Positions 49,049 through 63,203 of a stretch of DNA of 64,000 bases are shown here, one piece after another. Position 1 is the first letter of the stretch. Every line of letters starts with the position of its first letter. Made by a program: the position numbers and the translations under genes. Origin of the DNA: Utricularia gibba (lineage: Eukaryota; Plantae; Magnoliophyta); assembly GCA_002189035.1 (NCBI GenBank), contig NEEC01000008.1, positions 3,038,001 through 3,102,000 of the forward strand, in the 5' to 3' direction. The notes beneath the pieces were generated by a model. The model was given only the letters and a program-made list of their open reading frames with translations. It made no database searches and was not told where the DNA came from.

Positions 49049-49684
49049 ATGCAGGGGCAACAGATCCCCCGGAGAGTCACCATCATCGTCGCCGTCATCG
49101 CCATCTCCGCGGTGGCGGCCTCGGTGTCCGCGGAGGTGGTGCACTCCATCCCGAGATCGCAGCTCAAGAGTCGCTTGCCATTGACAAACCACACCAACCG
49201 CGCCGTCTTCACCCCGCACTTCGATTGGGAACAGGAGGAATACCTCAAGGCCCACAATGCCTTCCGCCGCAACCTCGGCGTTCAGGCGTTGACGTGGAGC
49301 GGGCATCTGACCGCTGCGGCCCACTCGTGGGCGGAGCAACGCCGCGACGATTGTGATTATCGTCGTCATTCAAGGAATCCCTACGGCGAGAACATTTTTT
49401 GGATGAGTTACAAGGAGTTCTCACCGTCCGACGTCGTCGCGTTTTGGTTCAACGAGGATCGGCTTTACGACCACCGTAGCAATGCTTGCCGGTGCAAGCC
49501 GGAGAGAGAAGGTTGCGAATGTGGGCATTATTTGAATGTAGTGTGGAGCACGACCAGACGCGTTGGATGTAGCGGCGCCGTCTATTGCGATGACCAGAAG
49601 GGCGTTTACGTCGTCTGCAATTACGATCCGCCGGGGCTTGTTCCAGGGATCAACCCTTTCACCGGCGGCAAGGTGAAAGTTTGA
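49049..49684 (+). CDS. Secreted CAP-superfamily (PR-1-like/SCP) protein, 211 aa, intronless
   Basis: Hydrophobic signal (IIVAVIAISAVAASVSA), YLKAHNAFRR, LTWS, YGENIFW, CGHYLNVVW, RVGC, VVCNYDPPG. Confidence 0.9.
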   Translation: MQGQQIPRRVTIIVAVIAISAVAASVSAEVVHSIPRSQLKSRLPLTNHTNRAVFTPHFDWEQEEYLKAHNAFRRNLGVQALTWSGHLTAAAHSWAEQRRDDCDYRRHSRNPYGENIFWMSYKEFSPSDVVAFWFNEDRLYDHRSNACRCKPEREGCECGHYLNVVWSTTRRVGCSGAVYCDDQKGVYVVCNYDPPGLVPGINPFTGGKVKV

Positions 49685-49849
49685 GACCGATTCTCGCTTT
49701 TTTTTCATGCACAAAGAAATAAATGGAAAGTTTTACCAAAATAATACTCAAGTTCTGAATCTGATTATCTCTTCGAATCCTTCAACGTTTCAGACAAAGC
49801 AAAACCAATACATTGTGTCTTTTCAGACATTAACTAATCAACCAGGCAA

Positions 49850-50859
<1,010 letters not shown>

Positions 50860-51196
50860 GACTGCGGCGTTGAGAAAATCCTCGGAACTGGATCACGCAC
50901 AGGCAAGCAACGTATATGAGAGAAGGCGTGGCCATACAAAAACCCTAGCCCACATTTGGACATCATTCTTGGGCCCATCAATAGGCTTATTGGGCTCCTA
51001 ATTTACAGTGTCTATGTCCCAGGAAAAGCCTAGATCCACTTATGGAACTCTTGGATCAATTAAGATGGGCCTAATGGGCTCAGTGTCAATTCAGTGATTA
51101 ATGTATTTTTCTTGAAGGTATATATGCAATGCGTCGTCAATTCTGCTTCCTCGAGAAACCCTAGCACCCGAATTCCTTGCCAAGCTTCGTGTCGCA
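50860..51196. promoter_or_regulatory. Shared divergent promoter of RPS23 and RPL4 with telo-boxes and site II motifs
   Basis: AAACCCTA at 50940-50947 and 51156-51163; TGGGCY site II motifs near 50970, 50991, 51066 and 51075. Confidence 0.75.
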
Positions 51197-52795
51197 ATGG
51201 CCGCCGCCGCAGCCCGCCCTCTGGTCACTGTGCAGGCTCTGGACAACGATATGGCCACTGATGGAGGAGTGGCCGGCAACTCCGTTCCGCTTCCCGACAT
51301 CATGAAGGCGGCGATCCGTCCAGACATTGTTACTTTTGTTCACGATCAGATCTCCAAAAACTCGCGTCAGCCCTATGCCGTCTCGAAGCGCGCCGGTCAT
51401 CAGACCTCTGCCGCATCCTGGGGCACTGGGCGCGCTGTGTCTCGTATTCCCCGTGTTCCTGGTGGTGGTACGCATCGCGCTGGTCAGGGTGCCTTCGGTA
51501 ACATGTGTCGCGGTGGTAGAATGTTCGCACCTACTAAGACCTGGCGCCGTTGGCACAGGCGTGTGAACGTCACTCAAAAACGCCACGCGGTTGTTTCTGC
51601 GATAGCTGCTTCAGCTGTTCCTTCGTTGGTTCTTGCCCGTGGACACAGAATTGAGGAAGTTCCAGAGTTGCCGTTGGTTGTTTCTGATGCTGCTGAGGCC
51701 GTCGCGAAAACTAGCGAAGCTTTGAAAACTCTTAAGCAGATCGGAGCTTTCCCGGATGCAGAAAAGGCGAAGGACAGTCAAGGTATTCGCCCTGGGAAAG
51801 GTAAAATGCGTAATCGTCGCTACATTTCAAGGAAGGGACCTCTTGTTGTTTATGGAACCGAGGGAGCAAAACTGGTGAAAGCTTTCCGCAATATACCTGG
51901 TGTGGATGTTGCCCATGTTTCTCGTCTTAATCTCTTGAAACTCGCACCTGGAGGCCATCTTGGCAGGTTTATCGTCTGGACAAAGTCCGCATTTGAGAAA
52001 TTGGACGAGATTTATGGAACTTTTGACAAGCCTTCTGTTCTGAAGAAAGGATATGTGCTTCCGAGATCTAAGATGGTGAATGCTGATCTGGCTAGAATTA
52101 TCAATTCTGATGAGGTTCAGTCTGTTGTGAAACCTATCAAGAAGGCCGTGAAGAGACCTCCATTGAAGAAGAACCCATTGAAGAATCTCAATGTCATGTT
52201 GAAACTGAACCCCTATGCTCAGACTGCGAAGAGAGTGGCGCTGTTAGCTGAGGCGCAGAGGATCAAGGCTAAGAAGGAGAAGCTCGAGAAGAAGAGAAAA
52301 CCGATCACCAAGGTAATGCTGTCTTACGCAACCATTTTCAGATGTTCGCGTCAAGATTGTATTTTTACTGTTATGTTGTATATAACGCCATGTTGCATGC
52401 ACTACACTTTGACTAGTTATTTAGTTATAGAGTTTCAGTTTGTATGGAATCGTTGCAGCTTTCCGACCATCAACAGCCATTTCTGACCTTAGGACTCATC
52501 AGTATCTGCCTCCCTCATTTCCTTGCTGCAAGTTCATTATTCAGTTACTGCCTTTTTAATGAAATTTGTTGGTCACAAATTGTAGTCTGCATTTTAGACT
52601 GCCTTTTTTATTCGGTTTATCATTCTTCCTTTCTGCTCAATACACCAAAGGCTGGCTTAACGTTCGTTCTCTGGCGTGTAGGAGGAAGCATCAGCTATCA
52701 AATCAGCAGGAAAGTCTTGGTACAAGACCATGATCTCAGACAGTGACTACACAGAGTTCGAGAACTTCTCAAAGTGGTTGGGCGTGTCGCAGTGA
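51197..52795 (+). CDS. RPL4: 60S ribosomal protein L4 (uL4), 409 aa
   Basis: Exons 51197-52312 and 52682-52795. [50 protein letters not shown]-terminal [19 protein letters not shown]. Confidence 0.97.
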
Positions 52796-53169
52796 TGGTC
52801 TCGTTTGTTCCCGTTTCACTCTCCCTGAACTTATTTTGGTCATCTCTTCTTTGTGTTCTGAGAATCTTTCAAAGACTTCGGGATAAGAAATTGAAAGAAC
52901 ACTCCGTTTTGTGTTTGATAAGTTGAATTGTCATCCTTTCTGTGCTTTCAATTCAGGTTTTCGGTTACTTGGCTGGGTGAGATTTACACCCCTTGCAAAA
53001 TGCTTTACCGTGCTTGGGTTCTTTATAAGGTGACCTCTTCACTCAAAAAGCTAGGCAAGAATTATCTCAGATTAGGTGTCAGGGACAACACAAGGAGCAA
53101 AATACATAACGATCACGGAATTGCGTAGCAGCAGCAGGATGGATTTCTTCATACCTGTGTTCCGTTCAT

Positions 53170-56100
53170 CTACACCACCGAGTAGCGGCCAGTCTGGGCG
53201 GAGCCTGGAAGCGACAGTGTCTGGTTTGTGATGTCCTCCAGAACACGCTTGAGTTCTGCCTTGGCACGCTTCACTGATTGCTCCGTCGGCCCATCGATGA
53301 ACAGATATAGCTTCCGTTCACCTGGTCCGACTGCTCTTCCAGGAGGGTAGTACTGCCCCCTCGTTGTGATCGCAGCTCCGGTCCATTCGGAAATTGGTCC
53401 CAGAGTTTCCTTGTGCGTCACCTTCCATCGGGTGTTCTGAGGGAAGTCATTTATTTCAAGCTCTGCCTCGTAGTGCTCAGGCATGGCCTCTGCTTGAATC
53501 TTTGCCAGGTTTTGCTGCAAATTCATAGCAGCAGCGAGAGCTGCTGCTCGAGCTGCCGATTCTGTTGCACCGGGGACAATGTCCGCAATACCAGGAATTG
53601 ATAAAGAGGCAGGCAATGCGACATTCTGGATGGCTTGGACTGCTGAAAGAGGCGTTGGAACTGCGGAAGCATTGACTTTCGAAGCAGCAGCTAAAGCAGC
53701 AACCTGAGCAAGCAAGGCTTGATGAGAAATTTCACCTCCAGCTTTTCTGATCCCTTTATCTTCATCATCTGAGTCTGATTTATCTTCCTCAAACCCATAC
53801 TCCTTAGCCTGAGCTTTCTTGGCAGCTTTTCGCAGTTCATCCTCTTCCTCGTTGAACTTGAAACCACTGCCACCATAGCCAGTGCCATGAGCCTGCTCAA
53901 GCCCTTGAGTAACCTTTGCCATAAATCCATCAGCAAGTTCCTTCAGGTCACCTGGAACACTCTGCTCAGACAACTCCAAGGCCTTCACCAGATCTGGTGC
54001 ATATCTATCTTCTTCTTTGGACAGAAAAGTAATCGCCCGGCCTTTCCTACCAGCACGGCCTGTTCGCCCGACACGGTGAACATAGTCCTCATAATGATTA
54101 GGAACATCAAAGTTAATAACCAGATCAAGCTCCTTCACATCTAAGCCTCTAGCAGCAACACTTGTAGCTACCAATAAATTGCACACATTACTCTTGAAAT
54201 CTGTGATTGTGGATTCACGGTCAGTCTGGTCCTTTCCCCCATGGAGTGAAAGACATGGATACCCATGCCTTAATAGATCTTTAAACAATGCATCACATTT
54301 ATCTTGTGTATGCACAAACATTAAAGTCTTTCCCTTCTCATAATTTTCACCGAGTATCTCAAGAAGTCTGTAGAATCTTTCTTCTTCTGGTCTTATTTCA
54401 ACTAGCTGTTCGATGTCCTTGTTCACAACACTCCTTCCACCGACTTGTATTTCAACAGGCTTGTTCAATACTTTACGAGCCAAAACCTCCACTTGACGAG
54501 GAAAAGTGGCAGAAAACAACACGGTTTGACGGTCAGGTCTTGTGTTTTGGATGATCCTGGTAATTTGTGGTTCAAAACCCATATCAAACATCCGATCAGC
54601 TTCATCCATGACCAGGTAAGTGACACGGCGGAGGTTTGTAATCTTACCGCTACTGGTACACAGTATATCAATCATCCTACCAGGGGTGCAAACAACAATC
54701 TCAGCCCCCCGCTTAAGCTCACTGATCTGCTGAGCAACCCCAGAGCCCCCATAAACAGGCACACAACTCAGACCCATTACCTTCGCGAATTTCTTGATGT
54801 CACTATAAATTTGTTGGACAAGCTCTCTGGTAGGAGCCATAATCAAACCAATAGGTCCATCTCCAGAGACCAAGGGAGGTTGGTCCTTAATGTGTCTCAG
54901 CATCGGAAGCACAAAAGCGAGGGTTTTACCTGATCCAGTTTTTGCAATGCCAATGCAATCCCGGCCACTCATAATAATGGGTAAAGCTTGGGCTTGAATT
55001 GGCATAGGTTTATCAAAATTCATTTTTCTTATAGTGTCCAATATCTTCGTCGATAATCCAGTGTGATGCCACATGCTCACAGGCTTTGGGACATCCTTTC
55101 CGTGAATCTTCAATTCTAGTTGCTTCCTGTATAAAGCCACTTCCTCAGATGTCACCCTGGAGACTTCTTTGACTTCAATATAAAAATTCTTTCTGAAGGG
55201 GGCATAACTGATCTTCGAATGGTCAACCAACGACAACTTCTCAACTTTAGTTTTCTTCACCCTTTTCATGAACTCTTCATCATCTTCATCCTCCAATGGA
55301 TCACCATCATTTTCAAGATCATCATATTCTTGATCAGAGTCTTCCCCAGGAATGATTCTTCCCATGGTTTTGCTCCTCCCATTTTTAGACTGATCCAAAG
55401 GTGGTTCACCGTTTATCTTGGGCAACTCATAACCCGAGTCATTAGGGACTGAAAGGAATTCCCTATTCAGCTTCTCTACTTCCGGCAACACCATGGAATT
55501 CATAAAAGCATCCAAAGGATCAATTTCATCGTCAGCAACAGTATCATCACTTCCATTATGCACATCAGGAATAGTCTCATTTCCAGAAATTGGTGGAATA
55601 CCATTTTCTTCCACAACAGTAGGCTTCCCATCCCCAGAATCATCTACATCCATGTTTTCTTTTGCCTCAGCATCAGCTTCTTCGTCATCGGACTCTCCTT
55701 CCAAAGTCCATGCCTTTCCTGTATCAGGTGTCTCAGCAACAGAAACCCCGTGTTTATCTTTCTCAGATTCCTCTCTCTTCCTTCGTTGCTCTTGCCACTC
55801 TTGAACTCGCCTTCTCCGTTTTTCCATCTCCTCCTCTAATCTCTTTTGCTCTTCAGCAAGATCTTCTTCCCTAGTTTTCTCTTCCCGTAATTCAACCTCC
55901 TTAGCTCCTTGTTCTAATTGTCCACTCGTGTTACCACTCAACTCCGCATCTTTACCATTACGCTCATCTGCCCTCTTGCGCTTTCTTCTGTCATGATCTT
56001 TAACATCTTCTTCACTGCTCCCAGAACTATCCCTCTTCTCACGTTTTTCTCTGGCATGTGTTCTCTCCTTTGCTTTCTTCTCTCTTTCTCGCTCTCGGTA

Positions 56101-56577
56101 ACTATCCTTTCTTTCCCTCCCCTTCTCCCGTTCCCTTTCCCTGTCTACATATTTCTCCAAGTCCCTCTCTTTCTCCCTGGTTCTATCTTTACCCCCCTGT
56201 CTATCCCTATCCTTACCCCTTTCCTTCTCCCTATCCCTCTCCATCTTTTCCCTGCTGGCCTCCTTATCATCCCTTACCTTTTCTTTGTGTTTCCTTCCTC
56301 TTGGCTTCACATCATTCTCTTCTTCATATTCCTTATCTCGGTGCTTGCTCCTTTTCCTGTCATCCAGACTTTGCTCTCTTGAATGTCGGCTATGGCGACT
56401 TCTTTCTCTTTCCATGTCCTCCTCCTGCTCCTCCTCATCTTCCTTATTCCTTTCTCTATACCTCTTTCTTTTCCCCTTCTTCACCCTTTCATGGGTGTTT
56501 TCTTCTCTGCGGTAATCTGAATCCGTCTCTTCGTCTTCAGAATCATGTCTCCGTGATTTTCCCTTAACTCTTTCCAT
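53170..56577 (-). CDS. RH42: DEAD-box RNA helicase 42 / PRP5-DDX46 (RCF1) type, 1135 aa, intronless CDS
   Basis: First ATG at 56577. RD/RE-rich N-terminus, EIDPLDAFM, AKTGSGKT, PTRELVQQI, DEAD, SAT, ARGLD, HRVGRTGRAG, C-terminal EINDFPQNTRWKVTH. Confidence 0.95.
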   Translation of the reverse strand: MERVKGKSRRHDSEDEETDSDYRREENTHERVKKGKRKRYRERNKEDEEEQEEDMERERSRHSRHSREQSLDDRKRSKHRDKEYEEENDVKPRGRKHKEKVRDDKEASREKMERDREKERGKDRDRQGGKDRTREKERDLEKYVDREREREKGRERKDSYREREREKKAKERTHAREKREKRDSSGSSEEDVKDHDRRKRKRADERNGKDAELSGNTSGQLEQGAKEVELREEKTREEDLAEEQKRLEEEMEKRRRRVQEWQEQRRKREESEKDKHGVSVAETPDTGKAWTLEGESDDEEADAEAKENMDVDDSGDGKPTVVEENGIPPISGNETIPDVHNGSDDTVADDEIDPLDAFMNSMVLPEVEKLNREFLSVPNDSGYELPKINGEPPLDQSKNGRSKTMGRIIPGEDSDQEYDDLENDGDPLEDEDDEEFMKRVKKTKVEKLSLVDHSKISYAPFRKNFYIEVKEVSRVTSEEVALYRKQLELKIHGKDVPKPVSMWHHTGLSTKILDTIRKMNFDKPMPIQAQALPIIMSGRDCIGIAKTGSGKTLAFVLPMLRHIKDQPPLVSGDGPIGLIMAPTRELVQQIYSDIKKFAKVMGLSCVPVYGGSGVAQQISELKRGAEIVVCTPGRMIDILCTSSGKITNLRRVTYLVMDEADRMFDMGFEPQITRIIQNTRPDRQTVLFSATFPRQVEVLARKVLNKPVEIQVGGRSVVNKDIEQLVEIRPEEERFYRLLEILGENYEKGKTLMFVHTQDKCDALFKDLLRHGYPCLSLHGGKDQTDRESTITDFKSNVCNLLVATSVAARGLDVKELDLVINFDVPNHYEDYVHRVGRTGRAGRKGRAITFLSKEEDRYAPDLVKALELSEQSVPGDLKELADGFMAKVTQGLEQAHGTGYGGSGFKFNEEEDELRKAAKKAQAKEYGFEEDKSDSDDEDKGIRKAGGEISHQALLAQVAALAAASKVNASAVPTPLSAVQAIQNVALPASLSIPGIADIVPGATESAARAAALAAAMNLQQNLAKIQAEAMPEHYEAELEINDFPQNTRWKVTHKETLGPISEWTGAAITTRGQYYPPGRAVGPGERKLYLFIDGPTEQSVKRAKAELKRVLEDITNQTLSLPGSAQTGRYSVV

Positions 56578-58408
56578 GGAAGCACTGATTACCAGCTCTT
56601 GCAATCTTCAAAAAACTAATGAATCGATGGAGAAAAGCACTCTGCAAGAAGACGTCAATGTCATCACAAAAATTAAGCAAGAATTAGGGCAAAACCGCAT
56701 TTCCTTTCCAGCGATAAAACAACAAAATCGACTTCAAAGATATACACAAACCTTGGATCCAGCCAAATGCCACTCGCGCCCTACAAACTTTGCGGACGAA
56801 AAAGGCACAGATCGACTCCTTCGAAGATTGGGTCAGCGCGGGAACGCACTCTGCAAAAACACATCGAAACAAAAATTAGGGCAACGCTCAGCATTACCAG
56901 ATATCAACCAAAACTTATTGGAATTTGAAGATATACACAAGACCTCACCAAATTAGAAGCAGGAGAACTCTACCTGTGTTGCCCCCTGTCGAAAACCACT
57001 CAAGCCCTACAACTACGTGGATAACTCTAGCGAAGATCGACTCCAACAACAGAAACAAGTGACACCAAAACAAAACCGGCAGCCACGCAGCCCCTGAGTA
57101 TTTCCCGTGGCGGCGATTTCCGGCTGCAATGAACGCACGACCACAACCAGCCAACAAGCCGCAATTCCACGTTCGAATTGCTTTATTTCACTGAAATTGC
57201 TTCACGGAAGTAAAATTTCCACCCCAATTAATATGCAATTTATTTCACTAAAAAATAAAAGAAAATATCAATTCCATTATTACAATATTCAGTTATTCTT
57301 CATTGATGGTTAGCCATCTCTTTTGTTTTTTATTTTAAAATAATTTCATCAATGCGAAAACCTTCTCCAAATCAAAAGCAACACAAAGTACCTTATGTAA
57401 ATGAACATTTCTGTTTTGATTATGAATGTGGTAGAAGATAGTATACGAAATTGTATTTCGATAAATATCCTAATTCCGTCAATATGATCCAATGTACTAA
57501 TTATAAATCTTCCATACGACATCAACACATTATTAACGAAATAAATCTAATCTTAATGTTATATGAGTATATTCGAAACATTAAAAAGAAAAAAAAATGA
57601 AGAGAAACATTCTCATATATATAGAATCAATACAAAGAGTTTTTCATTATTGATCATTTTAAGAATTCTAATTTTATAATATCTTAAAATATCTGTAGAT
57701 TGAGGAAAAAAATACAATACAAATTCAATATATTTTTGAAAATTACTTGTAGAAATAGATTTTGAAAAATTAAAAAAATGTAAATGGATGAAGTTACTAC
57801 ATGCCCCGTGACACTTTAGGGGACCGTTTGATGACTTGGTCCTACCTCTCACTTTTGAAAATGGTTTATATTTGAATGTTTGTATTATTAATGTATTACC
57901 TTAATAGATATAATGGTAAATAAATTCAGTAATATTGATGGATCAGGCTATTTTGAATAAAAGGAAAATTAAAGGTGATTAAAAAAAGAAATAGGGATTT
58001 AATTTGAACAGAAAGGCAAGTAAAGTGGGAGAAGTTAGGAGGATAAAAAGAAGCAGTGTAGGCAGAAAATTCAGGAGGTTGACGCCATGGCATCAAAAAG
58101 CTGACGCCCACTCTCCATCTTCTTCTGCGTCTTGCTCTTGGCTACCTCATCTGGGTTTCTTTTTCAGTTTTTGCATTTAATGTGATGTGAACGCTGGAGC
58201 AATAGACGCTTTGCTTTGCAAGAAAACAATCTCTGGGAGGAGTGTTGCAATATGTGAAAATAGGCGCATCTTTATTGCTTCGGACTTGATCTGAGTGGAC
58301 CCGTCTTGCCAAGTTTACATCTTGCTTATGGGTCGCACCCCGCAGTGGCTTTCATACTGTCTACTTTATTTCGCCATTCCTTATGTTGAGTGAGAACAGC
58401 GAGGCGAA

Positions 58409-61400
58409 ATGATGAGGCGTGCTGCTGTTGGAGTTTTCGCTTTCTTTCTTTCTTTGTACGCTCTTCTGTATGAATCCGATGCCCAGATGCCAGGTGGGTC
58501 GTGGGATTCGATTGCCGTTATGGGGTGCTTGTGTTTCTGGGGGAAGTTTGTGTTGCTATGTTTCTTTAGTGGAAGTTGTTTGACGCTTTTTCTTGCGTAG
58601 TGAAAACCGAAATTCACCATTTCAGGTAGTTGGTGCTAATTCATACTATGTATGATGCGCCTATATTTCATGAACTGCGAACAGAATTGGCTTGTTAAAT
58701 CATATGCCCTTAAACAGTAGTTTCCAAGTGTTATCCATGTTGATCGCGTTGCTGTTCTGCTATGATGTTGGGACTGCTAGATAGATTTTGAATATTCTTC
58801 TGATGTTCGATCATGATATGCAGGTTTTGTTAGTTTGAATTGCGGTGGCGCAAGTAACTTCACGGATGACATTGGCCTGGAATGGAGTTCAGATAACTTC
58901 ATGATTACTGGCCAAATTGCCACCATTTCTGTTGCTAATGAAGCACGAGAACAGTACAGGACATTGAGATACTTCCCAGCAGATGACAAGAAATATTGTT
59001 ATACACTGAATGTTGTCAGTAGAACAAGATACCTCATAAGAGCAAGCTTTTTGTATGGCTCCTTCCTAGACAGTGATGTGTATCCTAAGTTTGATATTTC
59101 TTTTGGGCCAACGTATTGGTCTACTGTAGTGATATCAGATGCTACTGAAATTGAAACACGGGAGTTGATATTTCTTGCTACAGATCCAACTGTCAGCGTC
59201 TGTTTGTCCAATGCAACAACAGGAGTGCCCTTTATATCGACACTTGAGCTTCGTCAATTTAATGGTTCTGCTTATTTTACACAGTATGAGAACCAATTCT
59301 TTCTTAGTGTGTCAGCTAGAATAAATTTTGGTGCAGAGAGCGATTTGCCTATCAGGTACCTAGAAACTTCACGGGTTAGACTGTTTTTATTTTCTAATCT
59401 TGTTGCTAATTGTATACTTTTCTGGTTTCCGCATGAATCCTGTTAATGAAGGTATCCAGATGATCCATTTGACAGACTCTGGGAATCAGATTCTCTGAAG
59501 AGAGCTAACTACCTCGTAGATGTGGCTGCTGGAACCGAAAAGATATCAACTCGTGAACAAATTGATGTTGCAAGAGATGAATGGCCTCCTCAAAAAGTGT
59601 TGCAGACAGCGGTTGTTGGAAGAAATGGTTCATTGACATATCGCCTGAACCTTGATGGTTTTCCAGGTTTTGGCTGGGCATTCACATACTTTGCTGAGAT
59701 TGAAGATTTGCGTGAGAATGATGCTAGAAAATTTAGACTAGTGCTCCCTGGACAACCTGACTTTAGCAAGGCAGTTGTTGATATTTATGAGAATGCCCAG
59801 GGAAAGTTTCGTTTATATGAGCCAGGATATTACAATATTTCCCTCCCATTTGTGTTATCTTTTAGATTTGTCAAAACATCTGATTCCACATTGGGACCAC
59901 TCCTTAATGCATTGGAGATTAACAAGTACATTGCAAAAAGAGATGGCACTGCAGATGGTGAGTGCATTTCTGTCTCACTTGGACTTCTCGACTTTCAAGT
60001 TCAATAATGATTTATGCTCAAGTGTTGTATATTCAAATGGCCTGCTCGTGTTTCAGGCTCTCTTCTTGCTGCAATGGTCGCAGCTTATCCATCTGCTGAT
60101 TGGGCTCGTGAAGGTGGTGACCCCTGCCTCCCATCTCCATGGTCATGGGTTGAATGCAGCTCTGATCCCCAACCAAGAATAACAGCAATGTAAAATTCTT
60201 CCCAGTATCATTTTGATGGAATCTGGATTCGTTTATGAACTTGTAACAAATGTCATGCCTGCAGCAAGCTTTCTGGGAAAAATTTGAGTGGTCACATTCC
60301 TTCAGAGTTGGGAAAGTTGAGCGGCCTGATAGAAATGTGAGTGATCCATATCTCATTCAAGAAATTTATTCTTTTCATCCCATCTAAGTTACAAGAATCT
60401 TATGCTATGTCCTAGAAATTTCATTGTAGTCATGTATAATATTGCAGATGGCTCAATGACAATATGCTGAGTGGATCAATTCCTGATTTTTCTGGGTGCC
60501 CCAGCTTGAGAAGGATGTGAGTTTGTCTTTTTGCTTTATCATTATTTTTTTTCACCCCACTGATAGCATTTCCTTTTGCAGCCATCTTGAGGATAACTTG
60601 TTAGTGGGAAGCATTCCATCTAGTTTTGCAGACTTGGCAAATCTTAGAGAATTGTATGATTTTAGCACTCTATCTTCATAAATCTCATGTGGCAGAATTC
60701 TCATTAGACATTCAATGTTCCTCAAATCTGCACAAACTTCTGCAGATATGTACAAAACAACATGCTCCAAGGGGGCATCCCACCACGCCTACTAAACAAA
60801 AACCTTGTCTTCAAGTGAGTGTGTATTGTCAATATGGATGTATGATAAAGTGCATTTCGACCTGTTTCGGAGCTTTTGTTCTTACCAGGTCCCTCAGTCT
60901 TCCGCTTTGGTTGGCGAAGACCGTAAATTTTAATGTTTGTAACTTTTAAATTTATGTTTTCTTCTGATGGGTGTTGATGCATTTTTGTACACTCAGGCAG
61001 TGTGTATCTGTTGACCAGGGTCTGATATTGCCTTTATGTATAACAGCTACACTGGGAACCATGGTCTCCATAAGGCCAGTAGGGGGCAACATGAAGGAGT
61101 GATACTTGGAACATCTATAGGGACCGCTGTCCTCATTGTTGCTGCTGTTTCAGCATGCCTAATGTGGCGAAAGGGGAAGAGAAAAAAAAAGAAGAAGAAA
61201 GGTGTTGCAGCTCAAATACAAGCACCTTTAATCAAGTTTTCCTCTTTCTAGGCAGGCCTTTTCACACATTAGCACTTCTTATATCAGACATTGGTGGCGA
61301 ATGGCATTCCCAAAAGAGTGCATCTGCTTTTGGAGAAGCCGGAGCTGAAGCTGCACATTACTTCACTTTGTCTGAGATTCAGGAAGCTACTAAGAGCTTC

Positions 61401-62752
61401 AGCAGAAAAATTGGATCCGGAGGCTTCGGTGTTGTGTACTATGGAAGACTGAAAGATGGGAAAGAAATTGCTGTCAAGGTACTAACAAACGATTCATTCC
61501 AAGGGAAGCGTGAATTTATGAATGAGGTACAGCTTTGTTATCAACTTTTGACAATCATTTCATGTTTAGTTTTATACTGATGTTGTCTGTCCGAAAGGTT
61601 TCTCTTCTCTCAAGAATACATCACAGAAATCTCGTTCAGTTTCTGGGATACTGCCAAGAAGAGGGGAAGAACATTCTTGTATATGAGTTCATGCATAATG
61701 GAACCTTGAAAGAACATCTTTATGGTAATAACATGGAGTTCAGGCAAAATGTATTCATTTGGGTACATTTTCTGAACCAACTTCATCATTTTTACAGGGT
61801 CGAAAACGCATGGAAGATGCATAAATTGGATCAAACGTCTTGAGATTGCTGTCGATTCTGCAAAAGGTGAGTCAGCTTCATTGCAGATCAGATTTTATGT
61901 GAAATGTGAAGGCAAAACGGATGATTTATGCTGCACTTGTGCTAGGAATCGAGTATCTTCACACAGGCTGTGTTCCTTCCATCATCCATAGGGACTTGAA
62001 AACCAGCAATATACTTCTAGACAAGAATATGAGAGCAAAGGTGTCAGATTTTGGCCTTTCGAAACTAGCAGTTGATGGAGCTTCCCATGTATCCAGTATT
62101 GTTCGAGGAACCGTTGGTTATCTCGATCCTGAGTGAGCAACCTCCTCCCTCTTGTTCTGCATCATCTTCAACCAGGAGCTCATGGCGACTCAAATATTGC
62201 AGGTATTACATTTCGCAGCAGTTGACAGAAAAAAGTGATGTCTACAGCTTTGGAGTCATCCTCCTGGAGCTGATATCTGGACAGGAAGCCATATCGAGCG
62301 AAAGCTTTGGCATGAACTGCCGAAACATCGTCCAATGGGTATGGAAGTAACTGGTTCCCTCCTGTTTCTTCCTTCATCATCTTAAGCAAGCAGCAGATAC
62401 TGAAATTGTTTCACTTGTGAAGGCCAAAATGCACATAGAGAGTGGAGACATACATGGTATCATCGATCCTGCGTTGCACGACTACGACATCCAATCCATG
62501 TGGAGCATTGCAGAGAAAGCTTTGATGTGTGTGCAGCCCCATGGAAACATGAGGCCCTCGATTTCAGAAGTGATCAAGGATATCCTGGACGCTCTGGCTC
62601 TGGAGAAGGGAGTGGAAGCATCAAAAGCAGGCAGCTCAGGTGAGGTCTCCAGGCACTCTGCTCACTCTCTCAACATGGGGTCTATGGATATGCACACTGG
62701 AGACCACTTCTTGCCGATAGACGAATCAATTGCGGGTCCAACAGCACGATAG
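58409..62752 (+). CDS. Malectin-like domain LRR receptor-like kinase (LRR-I type)
   Basis: 15 GT-AG exons traced: 58409-58493, 58824-59355, 59452-59957, 60057-60189, 60265-60336, 60448-60516, 60582-60653, 60746-60814, 61047-61201, 61288-61526, 61598-61724, 61798-61866, 61946-62132, 62203-62338, 62423-62752. [33 protein letters not shown], 69-72 nt LRR exons, TM segment, [29 protein letters not shown]. Confidence 0.93.
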
Positions 62753-63203
62753 TCATCTGGAGATGAGGTTAGCAGATGAGCTGCTGATGCTGGACTTGGA
62801 CATTGGTCAGGTTCAGCAAGCATTCCCCATTGAACCTGGTGTGAGCTTTTCAATATGCAGCTCGACTGCATGTCTCAATTTTCAGCAGATAAACAAAAAC
62901 TTTTATGTTAAAAAACACCCTCAATTCTGGTAAGTGTAACGACCCGAACCTCGGGTTTGTATGCTCGGACATATCTAGCAACGCCATTCTTCCCGTCCTC
63001 AGCATGGTGGTGCTATTCTTCTTCCCTTGCTCCTCCTCCTCCCCATTTTGAACACGGTGGTGGGGTATATGAATGGCCACCATGGGAGTCGTAAGTGAGT
63101 TACAACTCTCCTCTTAGATGCCTATCATTCCAAGGGGCACGGCCCTCCATTTGGAGACTGCGGCAGTAGTTGTCAGGTTTATAAGTTGCATTGAACAATC
63201 AGA

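Noticed and set aside
55918-56567. Hydrophobic plus-strand ORFs (154-169 aa)
   Set aside because: Antisense translation of the purine-rich RD/RE region of the helicase.
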